NCBI RefSeq assembly: GCF_965247905.1
Contig: NZ_OZ252047.1
Coordinates: 2,518,845 to 2,582,844, forward strand
Length of the DNA stretch: 64,000 nt
Direction: 5' to 3'
Origin: Candidatus Spongiihabitans sp.
Lineage (GTDB): Bacteria; Pseudomonadota; Gammaproteobacteria; Arenicellales; Poriferihabitantaceae
Below the pieces are notes generated by a model. The model made no database searches. It was not told the DNA's origin and saw nothing but the letters and a program-made list of their open reading frames with translations. Made by a program: the position numbers and the translations under genes. Positions within the stretch are counted from its first letter, which is position 1, and every line of letters starts with the position of its first letter. Shown here piece by piece: positions 9,621 to 21,574 of the stretch.

Positions 9621-12041
9621 TTATCCGAATCCGCGGGGCTTGTTCTCGCCGATGTTTTTGTTTCGGGCTTGCCCAGATAATCCCCGGGTGCTACCCGAGG
9701 ATTTTCTATCCGGAGATGCGGACTGTGAAATTAAATCGAAATCAATTTTCGCTTCATTGAGATCAACCCGCGCCACGCGGATTCTTACCCGGTCTCCCAA
9801 ACGAAAACGCCGACCGCTGCGCTCGCCGACCAATTGATAGCGCGCGGGATCAAAATGGTAATAATCATCGCCAAGCCCGGTAACATGCACCAAGCCGTCC
9901 ACGAATATTTCGTTCAACTGAACGAATATGCCGAACTCTTTCACGCCGGAAATGATGCCCGCGAATTCCTGCCCGATTTTTTCCTGCATAAATTCCGCCT
10001 TCAGCCAGGCGATCACATCGCGGGTGGCATCGTCGGCGCGGCGCTCGGCAAACGAGCAATGCTCGCCAATTTGGCTCAGGTTGATTTCGGGGCTGATTTC
10101 AGGGCTGATTCCGGGGCTGATTTCGGCGGGCGAGACCTTGCGCGACTTGCCCGTGTGCGACTTGCCGTCATGTAAAATAGGGTGCAAAATCTGGTTAATT
10201 TGTCGGTGCACCACCAAGTCGCAATAGCGGCGAATCGGCGAAGTGAAGTGGCCGTAAATCGGCATGGCCAGCGCAAAATGACCGATTTGGTCGGTGCTAT
10301 ACACCGCCTGACTCAAACTGCGCAACAAGACGATCTGCACCAGCCTCGCCATGTCGGACGCCACGCTGGCGAGCAACTTGGCATAATCCTTGGCCACGGG
10401 TTGCGCGCCGCCGGTCAGGGTCAATCCCAGCACGCCAAGAAATTGCCGTAATTTATTCAGCGCGTCCCGGTCCGGCCCGTCGTGGTTGCGATAAATGGCG
10501 TGGTTGCCTTTGTGGATTTGCAAAAATTCCGCCGCGCAACCATTGGCGGCCAACATACATTCCTCTATCAACTTATGCGCATCATTTCTTTGCCGGGCGG
10601 ATATCCGGCGAATGCGTTTTTTATCATCAAATTCAATGACCGGTTCCGGAAACTCAAAGTCAATCGCGCCGCGCCTATCGCGTTTTTTCCGCAGACGCAG
10701 ACTCATTTTATAAAGATGATCAAGGTGCGGCGTCACCGCCGCCCAAGCCCGTCGCTGATGGCGATCTTTTTCAACAACAATGGCATTGACCAACGCATAG
10801 GTTAATCTGGCGCGCGAGCGCATGAGTGCGGGATAAAAATGAAACTTCGTCACCGCGCCATGCTGCGCGATTCGCATATCGCAAACCATGCAGTAACGAT
10901 CTTCGTCTGGCTTCAACGAGCAAATACCATTGGACAGATCTTCCGGCAGCATCGGCACCACCCGATTTGGAAAATACACCGAATTGCCGCGCACATAGGC
11001 TTCGCAATCCAGCGCGCTGCCGGGCTTGACATAGTGACTCACATCGGCGATGGCAACCACCAGCCGCCAGCCCGAAGCGCGCGGCTCGCAGTAAACCGCA
11101 TCGTCGAAATCCTGCGCGTCTTCGCCGTCAATCGTGACCAACGGCAGGTCGCGAAGGTCTTTGCGGGGTTGGTCGCGCGGTTGGTCGTGGTGTTGCTCGC
11201 CATTTTTTTTGCGGGCGGATTCTTCATGTTTTTTTTCCGCCGCGACGCTTTGCAACAGGCGCGCCATTTTTTTCAACTGCGCTTGCACCGCGTCGGGCCA
11301 CGCGGTCAGGACGCCGTGTTTGCGGATGGCGATCTCGGTTTCCATGCCCGGCGCTAAATCGCGACCCACAACTTCGATAATCTCGCCAACGGCATGCTTA
11401 TGCTCGATCGGATGCTGGCGTATTCGCGCGACCACAATATCTCCATTTTTTGCGCCATTGAAACGATTATCGGGAATGCTGATGTCGCGCGCAAAGCGCG
11501 GGTCGTCCGGCTCCACGAATCCGCTGCCGCCTTGCAGATGAAAATGCCCGACAATTTCACGCGCGCGCTCGCTCAGCACCTCCACAATCACCCCCTGTTT
11601 GCGTCCGCGACTGTCGATGCGTTTGGTTTTCGCCAGCACGCGATCGCCATGCAGCACTTTTCGCATTTGGTTGTGATGCAAATAAAGATCTTCGCCGCCT
11701 TGGTCAGGAATGACAAACCCGAACCCTTTCGCGTGACCGACCACCCTACCAACCACAATATCCATTTTTTCGGGCAGGCCGTAGCGGTTTTTGCGATCCA
11801 TCAATAGATAGCCATTTTTGCTCATTCGCTGCAATCGCCCGGCCAGGGCATTGACTCCTTCCGGACTTAAAATATTGAAGTGCGCGCAAATAGACTGCAG
11901 CGCAGCAGGCTGGTTTGCGCGAGCAAGATACTCAAGTATCTGCAATCTCGAGGCCACCGGCACGCCGCTGGAGTCGGCCGCTCGGTAACCCGCTGCTTGG
12001 TAACCTGATTTAGTGGCGTTGTGATCTGTTTTTTGTTTCAT
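9621..12041 (-). CDS. rnr: Ribonuclease R
   Basis: TIDGEDAQDFDDA, YGHFTSPIRRYCDL, cold-shock and S1 domains. Confidence 0.96.
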   Translation of the reverse strand: MKQKTDHNATKSGYQAAGYRAADSSGVPVASRLQILEYLARANQPAALQSICAHFNILSPEGVNALAGRLQRMSKNGYLLMDRKNRYGLPEKMDIVVGRVVGHAKGFGFVIPDQGGEDLYLHHNQMRKVLHGDRVLAKTKRIDSRGRKQGVIVEVLSERAREIVGHFHLQGGSGFVEPDDPRFARDISIPDNRFNGAKNGDIVVARIRQHPIEHKHAVGEIIEVVGRDLAPGMETEIAIRKHGVLTAWPDAVQAQLKKMARLLQSVAAEKKHEESARKKNGEQHHDQPRDQPRKDLRDLPLVTIDGEDAQDFDDAVYCEPRASGWRLVVAIADVSHYVKPGSALDCEAYVRGNSVYFPNRVVPMLPEDLSNGICSLKPDEDRYCMVCDMRIAQHGAVTKFHFYPALMRSRARLTYALVNAIVVEKDRHQRRAWAAVTPHLDHLYKMSLRLRKKRDRRGAIDFEFPEPVIEFDDKKRIRRISARQRNDAHKLIEECMLAANGCAAEFLQIHKGNHAIYRNHDGPDRDALNKLRQFLGVLGLTLTGGAQPVAKDYAKLLASVASDMARLVQIVLLRSLSQAVYSTDQIGHFALAMPIYGHFTSPIRRYCDLVVHRQINQILHPILHDGKSHTGKSRKVSPAEISPGISPEISPEINLSQIGEHCSFAERRADDATRDVIAWLKAEFMQEKIGQEFAGIISGVKEFGIFVQLNEIFVDGLVHVTGLGDDYYHFDPARYQLVGERSGRRFRLGDRVRIRVARVDLNEAKIDFDLISQSASPDRKSSGSTRGLSGQARNKNIGENKPRGFG
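9661..9703. repeat. Palindromic repeat remnant inside the rnr C-terminal codons
   Basis: Hairpin AATCCCCGGGT-GCT-ACCCGAGGATT; the minus strand also carries GGATTATCTGGGCAAGCCCGA, similar to 37575-37604. Confidence 0.5.
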
Positions 12042-12251
12042 TCCTTTTTGTTCCGGACTTGTCGGGCGGCACCATCACGGTAGCCATTAAGGTAGCCATC
12101 AAGGTAGTCATCAAGGTATCATGAGCAACGCGGATAATTTATAATCCCCGGCGCGGTCGGCCAGCATTCGCGGCAAGTCTTCATGCTTAGCGACTTCATG
12201 CTTGGCGACCATGGCCGACCACGACCCATCATAACAACATGAAATAACAAG

Positions 12252-13847
12252 ATGAAAATAGGTATCCCAAAAGAAATTCACGGCGATGAGTGTCGGGTTG
12301 CCTGCACACCGCAAGAAACCCAAAAAATAATGGCGCTCGGTTACGACGTGTTGGTCGAAAAAGATGCCGGACTAGCTTCGGGGCATGTTAATGAAGACTA
12401 CCAAGCCGCCGGCGCGTCAATCGTTGATGATACACCCGAACTATGGAAACAGGCGGATTTAATTTGCAAAGTCCGTCCGCCGGAACAACATCGCGCGCTT
12501 GGCGTTCATGAAGCCGACTGGCTGAGCGGCGGCAAGACGTTGATCAGTTTTTTCTGGCCCGCGCAAAACGCCGAGTTGCTCGCGCAAATTGCCGCGCACG
12601 GTGCGAGCGTGCTGGCCATGGACGCGGTGCCGCGCATATCGCGCGCGCAAAAAATGGACGCGTTGTCCTCGATGTCGCACATCGCCGGCTACCGCGCGGT
12701 CATTGAAGCCGGGCAGCACTTCGGCCGATTCTTCATCGGCCAGATCACCGCGGCCGGGAAGATTCCCGCGGCCAAGGTTTTGGTGATTGGCGCCGGCGTG
12801 GCCGGACTGTCCGCCATCGGCACGGCCGTGAATCTCGGCGCGATGGTGCGCGCATTTGACACGCGCCTGGAAGTCAAGGAGCAAATTGAAAGCATGAGCG
12901 CTGAGTTCCTTGAACTCGACTTCACCGAAGAAGGCGCGGGCACGGGCGGTTACGCCAAGGTAATGAGCGCTGAGTTTATCGCCGCCGAAATGGCGCTGTT
13001 TGCCGAGCAGGCGCGGGAAGTGGACATCATTATCACCACCGCATTAATCCCCGGCAAACCGGCGCCGAAATTAATCACCAAGGAGATGGTGGACTCCATG
13101 AAGCCGGGCAGCGTGATCGTCGATCTGGCCGCGGAACAAGGAGGAAACTGCGAGGGCACCGAAGCCGGGCGCGTGGTCAAGCAAAACGGCGTCAGCATTA
13201 TTGGCTTCACCGATTTGCTCAGTCGAATGGCGGCGCAATCCAGCCAACTTTATGCCGCGAATATCCGCCACTTGCTCAGCGATCTCACGCCCGAAAAAGA
13301 CGGCGTCGCCAATATCAACCTGGACGACGAAGTGATCAGGGCAACGACCGTGGTGCATAACGGAAAGATTACCTGGCCGCCCCCGGCCGCGGCGCCGAGC
13401 GTTGCCAGCGGTCGCGCAAGCGATGACATGGGCGATAAAATGAGCCATAAAAAACCGGCCGCCGTGACCGCGCCGGGCATTGCGGACACCCCCTCCGCCG
13501 GACATCGCGCGGCTAAGACCTGGCTCGGCGTCGCCATCGGCGCATTGGCGATTGTGGGTATGGGCGCGGTCGCGCCGCAGTCATTCATGAATCACTTCAT
13601 CGTGTTCGTGCTGGCCTGTTTCGTCGGCTGGCAGGTGGTCTGGAATGTGACCCCGGCGCTGCATACGCCGTTGATGAGCGTGACCAACGCCATCAGCGGC
13701 ATCATTGTCATCGGCGCGCTGTTGCAAATCGGATCGTCATCGCCGCTGGGAGCGCTGCTGGCAATGGCAGCGGTGGTCATTGCCTCGATAAATATTGCCG
13801 GCGGGTTTTGGGTCACGCAACGCATGTTGAACATGTTCAAAAAATAA
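12252..13847 (+). CDS. pntA: NAD(P) transhydrogenase alpha subunit
   Basis: [32 protein letters not shown]. Confidence 0.96.
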   Translation: MKIGIPKEIHGDECRVACTPQETQKIMALGYDVLVEKDAGLASGHVNEDYQAAGASIVDDTPELWKQADLICKVRPPEQHRALGVHEADWLSGGKTLISFFWPAQNAELLAQIAAHGASVLAMDAVPRISRAQKMDALSSMSHIAGYRAVIEAGQHFGRFFIGQITAAGKIPAAKVLVIGAGVAGLSAIGTAVNLGAMVRAFDTRLEVKEQIESMSAEFLELDFTEEGAGTGGYAKVMSAEFIAAEMALFAEQAREVDIIITTALIPGKPAPKLITKEMVDSMKPGSVIVDLAAEQGGNCEGTEAGRVVKQNGVSIIGFTDLLSRMAAQSSQLYAANIRHLLSDLTPEKDGVANINLDDEVIRATTVVHNGKITWPPPAAAPSVASGRASDDMGDKMSHKKPAAVTAPGIADTPSAGHRAAKTWLGVAIGALAIVGMGAVAPQSFMNHFIVFVLACFVGWQVVWNVTPALHTPLMSVTNAISGIIVIGALLQIGSSSPLGALLAMAAVVIASINIAGGFWVTQRMLNMFKK

Positions 13848-13860
13848 TCAGGCGTCATTC

Positions 13861-15315
13861 ATGACCAGCGGCATTACCCTTGGCGCCTACATCGTCGCCA
13901 GCATTTTCTTTATCCTCAGTCTGGGCGGATTAAGCGGTCAGGCAAGCGCGCAGCGCGGCAATCTTTATGGCATGGCCGGAATGGCGCTGGCAATCGCCGC
14001 AACGTTATGGGGCGATGTGGCGCATGATGATGGGGTACGGGGCTACGGCGTAATCGCCGCGGCCATGGCCGCAGGCGCGGTCATCGGCGGAATTCTGGCG
14101 CTGCGCGTGCGCATGACCGCGATGCCGGAACTGGTCGCGATGCTACACAGCCTGGTCGGGCTGGCGGCGGTGTTTGTCGGCTTCTCAACTTATCTGGGTG
14201 CCGATGTTGGCCATGCCGACGTTATTGCCATGGATGGCATGGTCGCGGGCGCAGGACGCGCAGGAGCGACCGCCAAGACCATCCTCGACATCGAAATTTA
14301 TTTGGGCGTTTTGATTGGCGCGGTAACCTTCACCGGCTCGGTCATTGCGTTCGGCAAACTCAAGGGCATCATCGGCAGCAAGCCGTTAATGCTGCCGGCG
14401 CGACACGGCATCAATCTGCTCATCTTAATCGCCTGCATCTACTTGGGATATGAATTTGTTCGCGCCGACAGCATCGCCGCCGGGCTGACGCCGCTGCTGA
14501 TCATGGCCGCGCTGGCATGCCTGTTTGGCATACACCTGGTCATGGCCATCGGCGGCGCCGACATGCCGGTGGTAATCTCAATGCTGAACAGTTACTCGGG
14601 CTGGGCCGCGGCCGCAACCGGGTTTATGCTGTCCAATGATTTGCTGATCATCACCGGCGCGCTGGTCGGCTCAAGCGGCGCCATACTCAGCTACATCATG
14701 TGCCGAGCGATGAATCGCTCTTTCATCTCCGTCATCATCGGCGGGTTTGGCGCGGCGCATTCCGGCGACAGCGGCGCGCTGGCAGCTCAGGGCGAAGTGG
14801 TGGCGATCAACGCCCACGAGACCGGCGAGTTATTGAGCAACATCGACTCGCTGGTCATCGTTCCGGGATACGGCATGGCGGTTGCCCATGCCCAGCACTT
14901 GGTTTCCGAGTTGACCCGGAAACTGGAGGAGCGCGGGGTCAAGGTCAGCTTTGCCATTCATCCGGTGGCCGGACGAATGCCGGGGCATATGAATGTGTTG
15001 CTCGCGGAAGCCAAAGTCCCGTATGACATCGTCTTTGAAATGGAGCACATCAACCGGCAACTGGCCGACACCAATGTTGTGCTGGTCATCGGCGCCAACG
15101 ATATTGTCAATCCCGCGGCCATCGACTCGCCGGATAGCCCGATCGCGGGGATGCCGGTTATCGAAGCGTGGAAGGCGCATCAAGTTGTCGTCTTGAAACG
15201 CAGCATGGCCAGCGGCTATGCCGGGGTTGAAAATCCATTGTTCTATAAGGAAAATACCCGAATGTTGTTTGGCGATGCCAAGCACAGCATCGAGCAGGTG
15301 CTGGCGGCGCTGTGA
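13861..15315 (+). CDS. pntB: NAD(P) transhydrogenase beta subunit
   Basis: [37 protein letters not shown]. Confidence 0.96.
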   Translation: MTSGITLGAYIVASIFFILSLGGLSGQASAQRGNLYGMAGMALAIAATLWGDVAHDDGVRGYGVIAAAMAAGAVIGGILALRVRMTAMPELVAMLHSLVGLAAVFVGFSTYLGADVGHADVIAMDGMVAGAGRAGATAKTILDIEIYLGVLIGAVTFTGSVIAFGKLKGIIGSKPLMLPARHGINLLILIACIYLGYEFVRADSIAAGLTPLLIMAALACLFGIHLVMAIGGADMPVVISMLNSYSGWAAAATGFMLSNDLLIITGALVGSSGAILSYIMCRAMNRSFISVIIGGFGAAHSGDSGALAAQGEVVAINAHETGELLSNIDSLVIVPGYGMAVAHAQHLVSELTRKLEERGVKVSFAIHPVAGRMPGHMNVLLAEAKVPYDIVFEMEHINRQLADTNVVLVIGANDIVNPAAIDSPDSPIAGMPVIEAWKAHQVVVLKRSMASGYAGVENPLFYKENTRMLFGDAKHSIEQVLAAL

Positions 15316-15321
15316 AGTTTT

Positions 15322-15418
15322 CACGGCGGTGACGGCGGTCGCGGGCGATGAAAAATGACGGCGGGGGAGTGACGGCGGGGGAGTGACGACGGTGGTGGCG
15401 GCGACGGCGTCGACGGAG
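15322..15418. repeat. Degenerate TGACGGCGG tandem repeats
   Basis: Several GACGGCGG(T/GGGAG) units between pntB and hisG. Confidence 0.7.
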
Positions 15419-15479
15419 AAAAGCAAACGGGTGACGACCTTTATCGGTTATACTCATTTTCTTTTTTTCATCGCAAGCC

Positions 15480-16358
15480 ATGTCAAACATACTCAAGCTG
15501 GGCATTCCCAAAGGCAGCCTCGAAGAAGCCACCAAATCTCTGTTTGCTCAAGCAGGATGGTCGATCAACGCCCGCTCGCGCAACTATTTTCCATCCATTG
15601 ATGATGCGGAAATACATTGTTCATTGGTGCGCGCCCAGGAAATGGGACACTACATTACCAATGGCGTGCTTGACGCCGGCTTGACTGGCCAGGATTGGCT
15701 GGCGGAAACCAACGCCGAGGTCGCGGTGGTGGCCGACCTGGTGTATTCCAAAGCATCCGATCAAAAATGCCGGTGGGTGTTGGTGGTTAAAAACAACTCC
15801 GAAATAAAATCAGTCGAAGATCTGGAAGGCAAAAGGGTCGCGACTGAATTGGTTAATTTCACCAAGCAATATCTCGCGCACCGCAACATCAACGCCATTG
15901 TGGAATTTTCCTGGGGCGCAACCGAAGCGAAAGTGGTGGAAGGACTGGCCGATGCGGCGGTCGAAATTACCGAGACCGGCAGCACGATAAAAGCCCATGG
16001 CTTACGCATCGTCTGCGACTTGCTGGAAACCCATACGGTTTTCGTAGCCAACAAAACGGCGTTGCAGGATGCCTGGAAAAAGCAAAAAATCGAGCAAATC
16101 GCCTTGCTGTTGCAAAGCGCCTTGATGGGGCGGGAAAAGGCGCTGTTGAAAATGAACGTCCCCAAAAGCCGACTCGATGAACTGGTCAAGCAGCTTCCGA
16201 GTTTGCATGCGCCCACCATCAATCGGCTTTATGGCGATGATTGGCTGGCGGTGGAAACGGTTGTGAGCAAGAAGGAAGTCAGGAAAATTATACCGACCTT
16301 AAAAGCCGCGGGCGCGGAAGGAATCCTTGAATTCGAGTTACGCAAAATGGTGCTTTAA
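15480..16358 (+). CDS. hisG: ATP phosphoribosyltransferase, long form
   Basis: LKLGIPKGSL, DAGLTGQDW, FSWGATE, ETGSTI; C-terminal regulatory domain (LPSLHAPTIN). Confidence 0.93.
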   Translation: MSNILKLGIPKGSLEEATKSLFAQAGWSINARSRNYFPSIDDAEIHCSLVRAQEMGHYITNGVLDAGLTGQDWLAETNAEVAVVADLVYSKASDQKCRWVLVVKNNSEIKSVEDLEGKRVATELVNFTKQYLAHRNINAIVEFSWGATEAKVVEGLADAAVEITETGSTIKAHGLRIVCDLLETHTVFVANKTALQDAWKKQKIEQIALLLQSALMGREKALLKMNVPKSRLDELVKQLPSLHAPTINRLYGDDWLAVETVVSKKEVRKIIPTLKAAGAEGILEFELRKMVL

Positions 16359-16482
16359 TAATCACGGCATAACACTGCTGTATTATTCGGCACCACTCAA
16401 TACTATAAAGCAATACCACTATAAAGCAATACCGCAAAAATCAGACGCAAAACGTAGCCGTTGTGACCAACAACTTGCGCGT

Positions 16483-16584
16483 CTAATTAACTAGCCCGGA
16501 TTAATTAACCTGGATTAATTAACCTGGATTAATTAACCTGGATTAATTAACCTGGATTAACTGGCCCGGATTAATTAACCTGGA
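16483..16584. repeat. Higher-order tandem repeat, 14-bp TTAATTAACCTGGA
   Basis: 4 exact copies at 16501-16556, 1 at 16571-16584, plus 2 variant ...CCCGGA units. The last copy contains the LysM gene stop codon. Confidence 0.92.
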
Positions 16585-17099
16585 TTTTTCAGGTACTCTA
16601 TATCAGACGCCTCGATCGGCCCGACCGCCCAGGCGCCGCGCGTCCTGGCATGGTTGATTGCCGCATCTATTGCACTTTGCGTCGCGTCTCTCGGTATTGC
16701 CAATACTTGTCCCGGATAGATTAAGTCGGCGTCAATAATCTGGTCGAGATTGGCTTTGTAAATCAACGGCCACCTTTCCGGCACATTGTAAACCTCTTCT
16801 ATGCCGGCAATAGACCAAAGGTTGCTGCCGGCCACCACCGTCCAGTTGGTAAGTTGGTCGGCTACAGGTTCAACTTCTGCTACTACGGGGGCAGAGACTG
16901 CAGGGGTTATAGGGGTTGCAGGCGCAACAACTGCGGCGGCTGCGGGGGTGGCAACTGCTGTTGGCTCGCTTTTTGCGCTTATACAGCCAGCCACCAAAGT
17001 TGTAGCCGCCAAAATCAGGGTCAGCTTAAATGCTGAATTGATTTTCTCAGAATTGATTTTATTAGAGGTGTTTTGCATACCCGATATCTCTAGTTTCAT
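16575..17099 (-). CDS. LysM-domain lipoprotein
   Basis: Lipobox LVAGC, Ala/Pro linker, WTVVAGSNLWSIAG...WPLIYKAN...DADLIYPGQVLAIPR. Confidence 0.85.
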   Translation of the reverse strand: MKLEISGMQNTSNKINSEKINSAFKLTLILAATTLVAGCISAKSEPTAVATPAAAAVVAPATPITPAVSAPVVAEVEPVADQLTNWTVVAGSNLWSIAGIEEVYNVPERWPLIYKANLDQIIDADLIYPGQVLAIPRDATQSAIDAAINHARTRGAWAVGPIEASDIEYLKNPG

Positions 17100-17221
17100 A
17101 ATTATTGTGTAATGCCCTGATAAGCATGATCAGTCATCATGCTTCTCCCCAGCATCCTATCAAGGCGAGTTTAACGCCCAACCACCGCTCTTTGCAAGCG
17201 ATATATGCAGATAATTTCTGT

Positions 17222-18685
17222 TTATTCGATGCCGCCCATGCACAAATATTTCATTTCAAGGTATTCTTCAATGCCGCAGGAGGAACCTTCCCGCCCCAGC
17301 CCGGATTGCTTGACTCCGCCAAACGGGGCGACTTCTGTGGAGATTAAGCCGGTGTTAATGCCGACCATGCCGTATTCCAGTTCTTCGGCCACGCGCCACA
17401 CCCGCGCCAGATCATTGCTATAAAAATAAGACGCCAACCCAAACTCAGTGTCATTCGCCATTTTGACCACTTCATCCTCCTCGCTAAACCGGAACAGCGG
17501 CGCCAGCGGACCGAAGGTCTCTTCCCTGGCCACTTTCATGTTCGAGGTTACGTTGGTTAATAAAGTCGGCTGGAAATAAGTCCCGCCAAGTTCATGACGC
17601 TTGCCGCCGACTACAATTTCCGCACCGTGGCTCACCGCATCCGCAATATGCTGCTCGACTTTCTCGACCGCATTCATGTCAATCAATGGGCCCTGAACCA
17701 CGCCTTCATCAATGCCTGAGCCCACTTTCATGTTCGCAACTTCTGCGGAAAGTTTTCCGGCAAACTCATCATAAACGCCAGCCTGGACATAAATGCGATT
17801 ACTGCAAACGCAGGTTTGCCCGGCGTTGCGGTATTTCGAGATGACCGCGCCTTGTACCGCGGCATTGATATCCGCATCTTCGAAAACAATAAACGGGGCG
17901 TTGCCGCCAAGTTCCAGCGCCACCTTGATGACCGAATATGAGCATTGCCTCATTAATAACCGGCCAATTTCCGTGGAGCCGGTGAAGCTCAAATGGCGCA
18001 CCGCAGGATTCGAGGTCATCTCGCCGCCAATGGCGCGCGCGGCACCGGTCAATACGCTGAACAACCCGGGCGGCAGTCCAGCGCGCTGCGCCAACTCGCA
18101 TAATGCAAAAGCGGACAGCGGCGTTTGCGTGGCCGGCTTGACCACCACAGCGCAACCCGCAGCCAAAGCCGGGCCGACTTTTCGGGTGATCATGGCGGAC
18201 GGAAAATTCCACGGCGTAATGGCGACGCACACCCCGATCGGCTGCTTGATGACGATCAGCCGTTTGTCGGCTTGATGCTGCGGTATCGTGCCGCCGCTGA
18301 TGCGCCGCCCTTGGTCGGCAAACCACTCCAAAAATGAGGCGGAATAACCGATCTCACCGCGCGACTCGGCCAATGGCTTGCCCTGTTCCAGGGTCATCAG
18401 CAGGGCCAGGTCGTCCTGATTTTCCAGCATCAAGTCGCTCCAGCGCCGCAAAATAACCGCGCGCTCCTTGGCCAGCGTTTTCCGCCAACTAAGCTGAGCG
18501 ATCCTGGCATGTTCAATCGCCTCGCGCGTCTCGTCCGCCCCCATGTTCGGCACCTTGCCCAAAACCGAGCCATCGGCAGGATTGGTTACCGCGATTTGCT
18601 CTCCGCTATTTGCATCACGCCATTGACCGTTGATATAACATTGCTGGCGGAATAATTTTGAATCCTTAAGTTTTATGGTTGCCAT
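17222..18685 (-). CDS. gabD: Succinate-semialdehyde dehydrogenase (NADP+)
   Basis: ITPWNFPSAMITRK, LELGGNAP, RNAGQTCVC, EETFGP. Confidence 0.9.
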   Translation of the reverse strand: MATIKLKDSKLFRQQCYINGQWRDANSGEQIAVTNPADGSVLGKVPNMGADETREAIEHARIAQLSWRKTLAKERAVILRRWSDLMLENQDDLALLMTLEQGKPLAESRGEIGYSASFLEWFADQGRRISGGTIPQHQADKRLIVIKQPIGVCVAITPWNFPSAMITRKVGPALAAGCAVVVKPATQTPLSAFALCELAQRAGLPPGLFSVLTGAARAIGGEMTSNPAVRHLSFTGSTEIGRLLMRQCSYSVIKVALELGGNAPFIVFEDADINAAVQGAVISKYRNAGQTCVCSNRIYVQAGVYDEFAGKLSAEVANMKVGSGIDEGVVQGPLIDMNAVEKVEQHIADAVSHGAEIVVGGKRHELGGTYFQPTLLTNVTSNMKVAREETFGPLAPLFRFSEEDEVVKMANDTEFGLASYFYSNDLARVWRVAEELEYGMVGINTGLISTEVAPFGGVKQSGLGREGSSCGIEEYLEMKYLCMGGIE

Positions 18686-18719
18686 GGTCTAATCTCAAGA
18701 TAATGTATAAGTCGCCTAC

Positions 18720-19023
18720 TGTCTGGGTTCACCACATATGAGACAAAATCAGGTCGCCAAGGCGGGTTGCCGATAATACGCCATCGGCGTCATTAAATCC
18801 AAACTATCGTGTGGTCGGCATGATTATAGGTCCACTGGTAATGGACCAGTTCCTGGTTGATCGCGGTCACCTTCAACGGCCCTCGGCAGTGAGGCTTCAG
18901 CCTCGCCAAGTCATTGCCAAGATGGCGGGACTAAAGTCCCGCTTCCGACGCCGTCGGCCTGACCTGCTTTAAGCGCACTAGCCGGGCCAAGTCAACAGTC
19001 TCTTATGTGTCTGAGCCCGAACA
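18720..19023 (-). mobile_element. MITE copy 1 (IS481-like derivative, 304 bp)
   Basis: Ends TGTCTGGGTTCACCACATATGAGAC...GTCTCTTATGTGTCTGAGCCCGAACA; flanked on both sides by CCTAC. Confidence 0.9.
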
Positions 19024-19039
19024 CCTACCGATAAGCGGA

Positions 19040-20410
<1,371 letters not shown>

Positions 20411-20599
20411 CTAGCGCACGAAATACAACAAAACCACGCCCGCAACCATGCTTCCCAATCCAATGTTTCTGAGCGCGGATTCCGGCGCCGTGATCAAGTT
20501 TTGCATAATGCGCTTAAATGCGGCCGGGCTGAAAAACGGGGTAAACCCTTCCAGAATCAAATACAAGGCGAACGCGGCCAGCAGGTCTTCCCAGTTCAA
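20411..20599 (-). CDS. DUF2065 (YjeT-like) membrane protein
   Basis: WEDLLAAFALYLILEG...LRNIGL; usual position between hflC and purA. Confidence 0.85.
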   Translation of the reverse strand: MNWEDLLAAFALYLILEGFTPFFSPAAFKRIMQNLITAPESALRNIGLGSMVAGVVLLYFVR

Positions 20600-20681
20600 C
20601 GCCCGGCATTAAATTTTAAACGCAATGTTAAACCGGCCCTTGATTGAACCCTGAATCGAACGGCGAATAATCAAGCAAAAA

Positions 20682-21560
20682 CTAGTTGGCTGCAGCCGCT
20701 TCCGAACCCTTGAAATACTTGAAAAACGCTGAACTGGGATCGACTATGATTAAATCCTGTTTGCTGTTAAAGCTGTCTCGGTATGCATTAAGACTGCGGT
20801 ACAGATTATAAAACTCCTGATCTTTGCCGAATGTGGCGGCGTAAGCCGCGGTTGCTATGGCGTCGCCTTCACCGCGGATAATCTGCGCATCGCGGTCGGC
20901 ATTGGCCAGCAAAATTTCCCGTTGACGGTCGGCATCGGCGCGAATTTTTTCGGCCGCCTCTTCGCCTTGCGCGCGCAACTCTTTGGCCACGCGCTGCCGC
21001 TCTGCGGCCATGCGTTGATATACCCGTTCGCTAATCGCTGGATCCAGATCCACTCTTTTCAAGCGCACATCTATAATTTCTATTCCCAGCGTCGCCGCTT
21101 CTTCATTCATAATTTTCTGCACCACTTCCATAATTTGCTTTCTATCCCCGGAGATTACTTCTTGCACGGTACGCTTGCCGAACTCCTGACGCAGGCTGTC
21201 GTTCACGCGTTGCGACAAGCGCGATCTCGCGTTCTCCTTGCGGCCTTTCAATCTCGTGTAATACTGGTGCACATCCCTGATCTTCCATTTCACGAACGAA
21301 TCGACCACCAGATTTTTCTTTTCGCGGGTTAAATACAACTCTGGATCAGCATCCATAGTTTGCACCCGGGCATCAAAGTACTGGACATTGTTAATGAATG
21401 GAATTTTCCAGTGCAGTCCAGGTTTGACATCGGATTGCACAATCTCGCCAAACTTGAAGACGATGGCCTTTTCCCGTTCATCGACAAAGTATGCCGCGGA
21501 AAAAACGATGGCTCCGACAATCGCAACAAGTGCAAGAAGGAGTGTTAATTTAGCGTTCAT
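20682..21560 (-). CDS. hflC: FtsH modulator HflC
   Basis: PGLHWKIPF, LVVDSFVKWKI, RMAAERQRVA. Confidence 0.95.
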   Translation of the reverse strand: MNAKLTLLLALVAIVGAIVFSAAYFVDEREKAIVFKFGEIVQSDVKPGLHWKIPFINNVQYFDARVQTMDADPELYLTREKKNLVVDSFVKWKIRDVHQYYTRLKGRKENARSRLSQRVNDSLRQEFGKRTVQEVISGDRKQIMEVVQKIMNEEAATLGIEIIDVRLKRVDLDPAISERVYQRMAAERQRVAKELRAQGEEAAEKIRADADRQREILLANADRDAQIIRGEGDAIATAAYAATFGKDQEFYNLYRSLNAYRDSFNSKQDLIIVDPSSAFFKYFKGSEAAAAN

Positions 21561-21574
21561 GATTATTGCCCCGA

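Noticed and set aside
9347-9680. Short + strand ORFs between rlmB and rnr, and the many antisense ORFs in the track
   Set aside because: They overlap well-supported genes or repeats, have no motifs, and are expected shadow ORFs at this GC content.
15356-15385. G-quadruplex in the pntB-hisG spacer
   Set aside because: Only two G5 tracts, explained by a 14-bp tandem duplication.
16483-16584. Possible CRISPR array (also considered for the MITE and REP repeats)
   Set aside because: Units are 14 bp and head-to-tail with no unique spacers; no cas genes are present.
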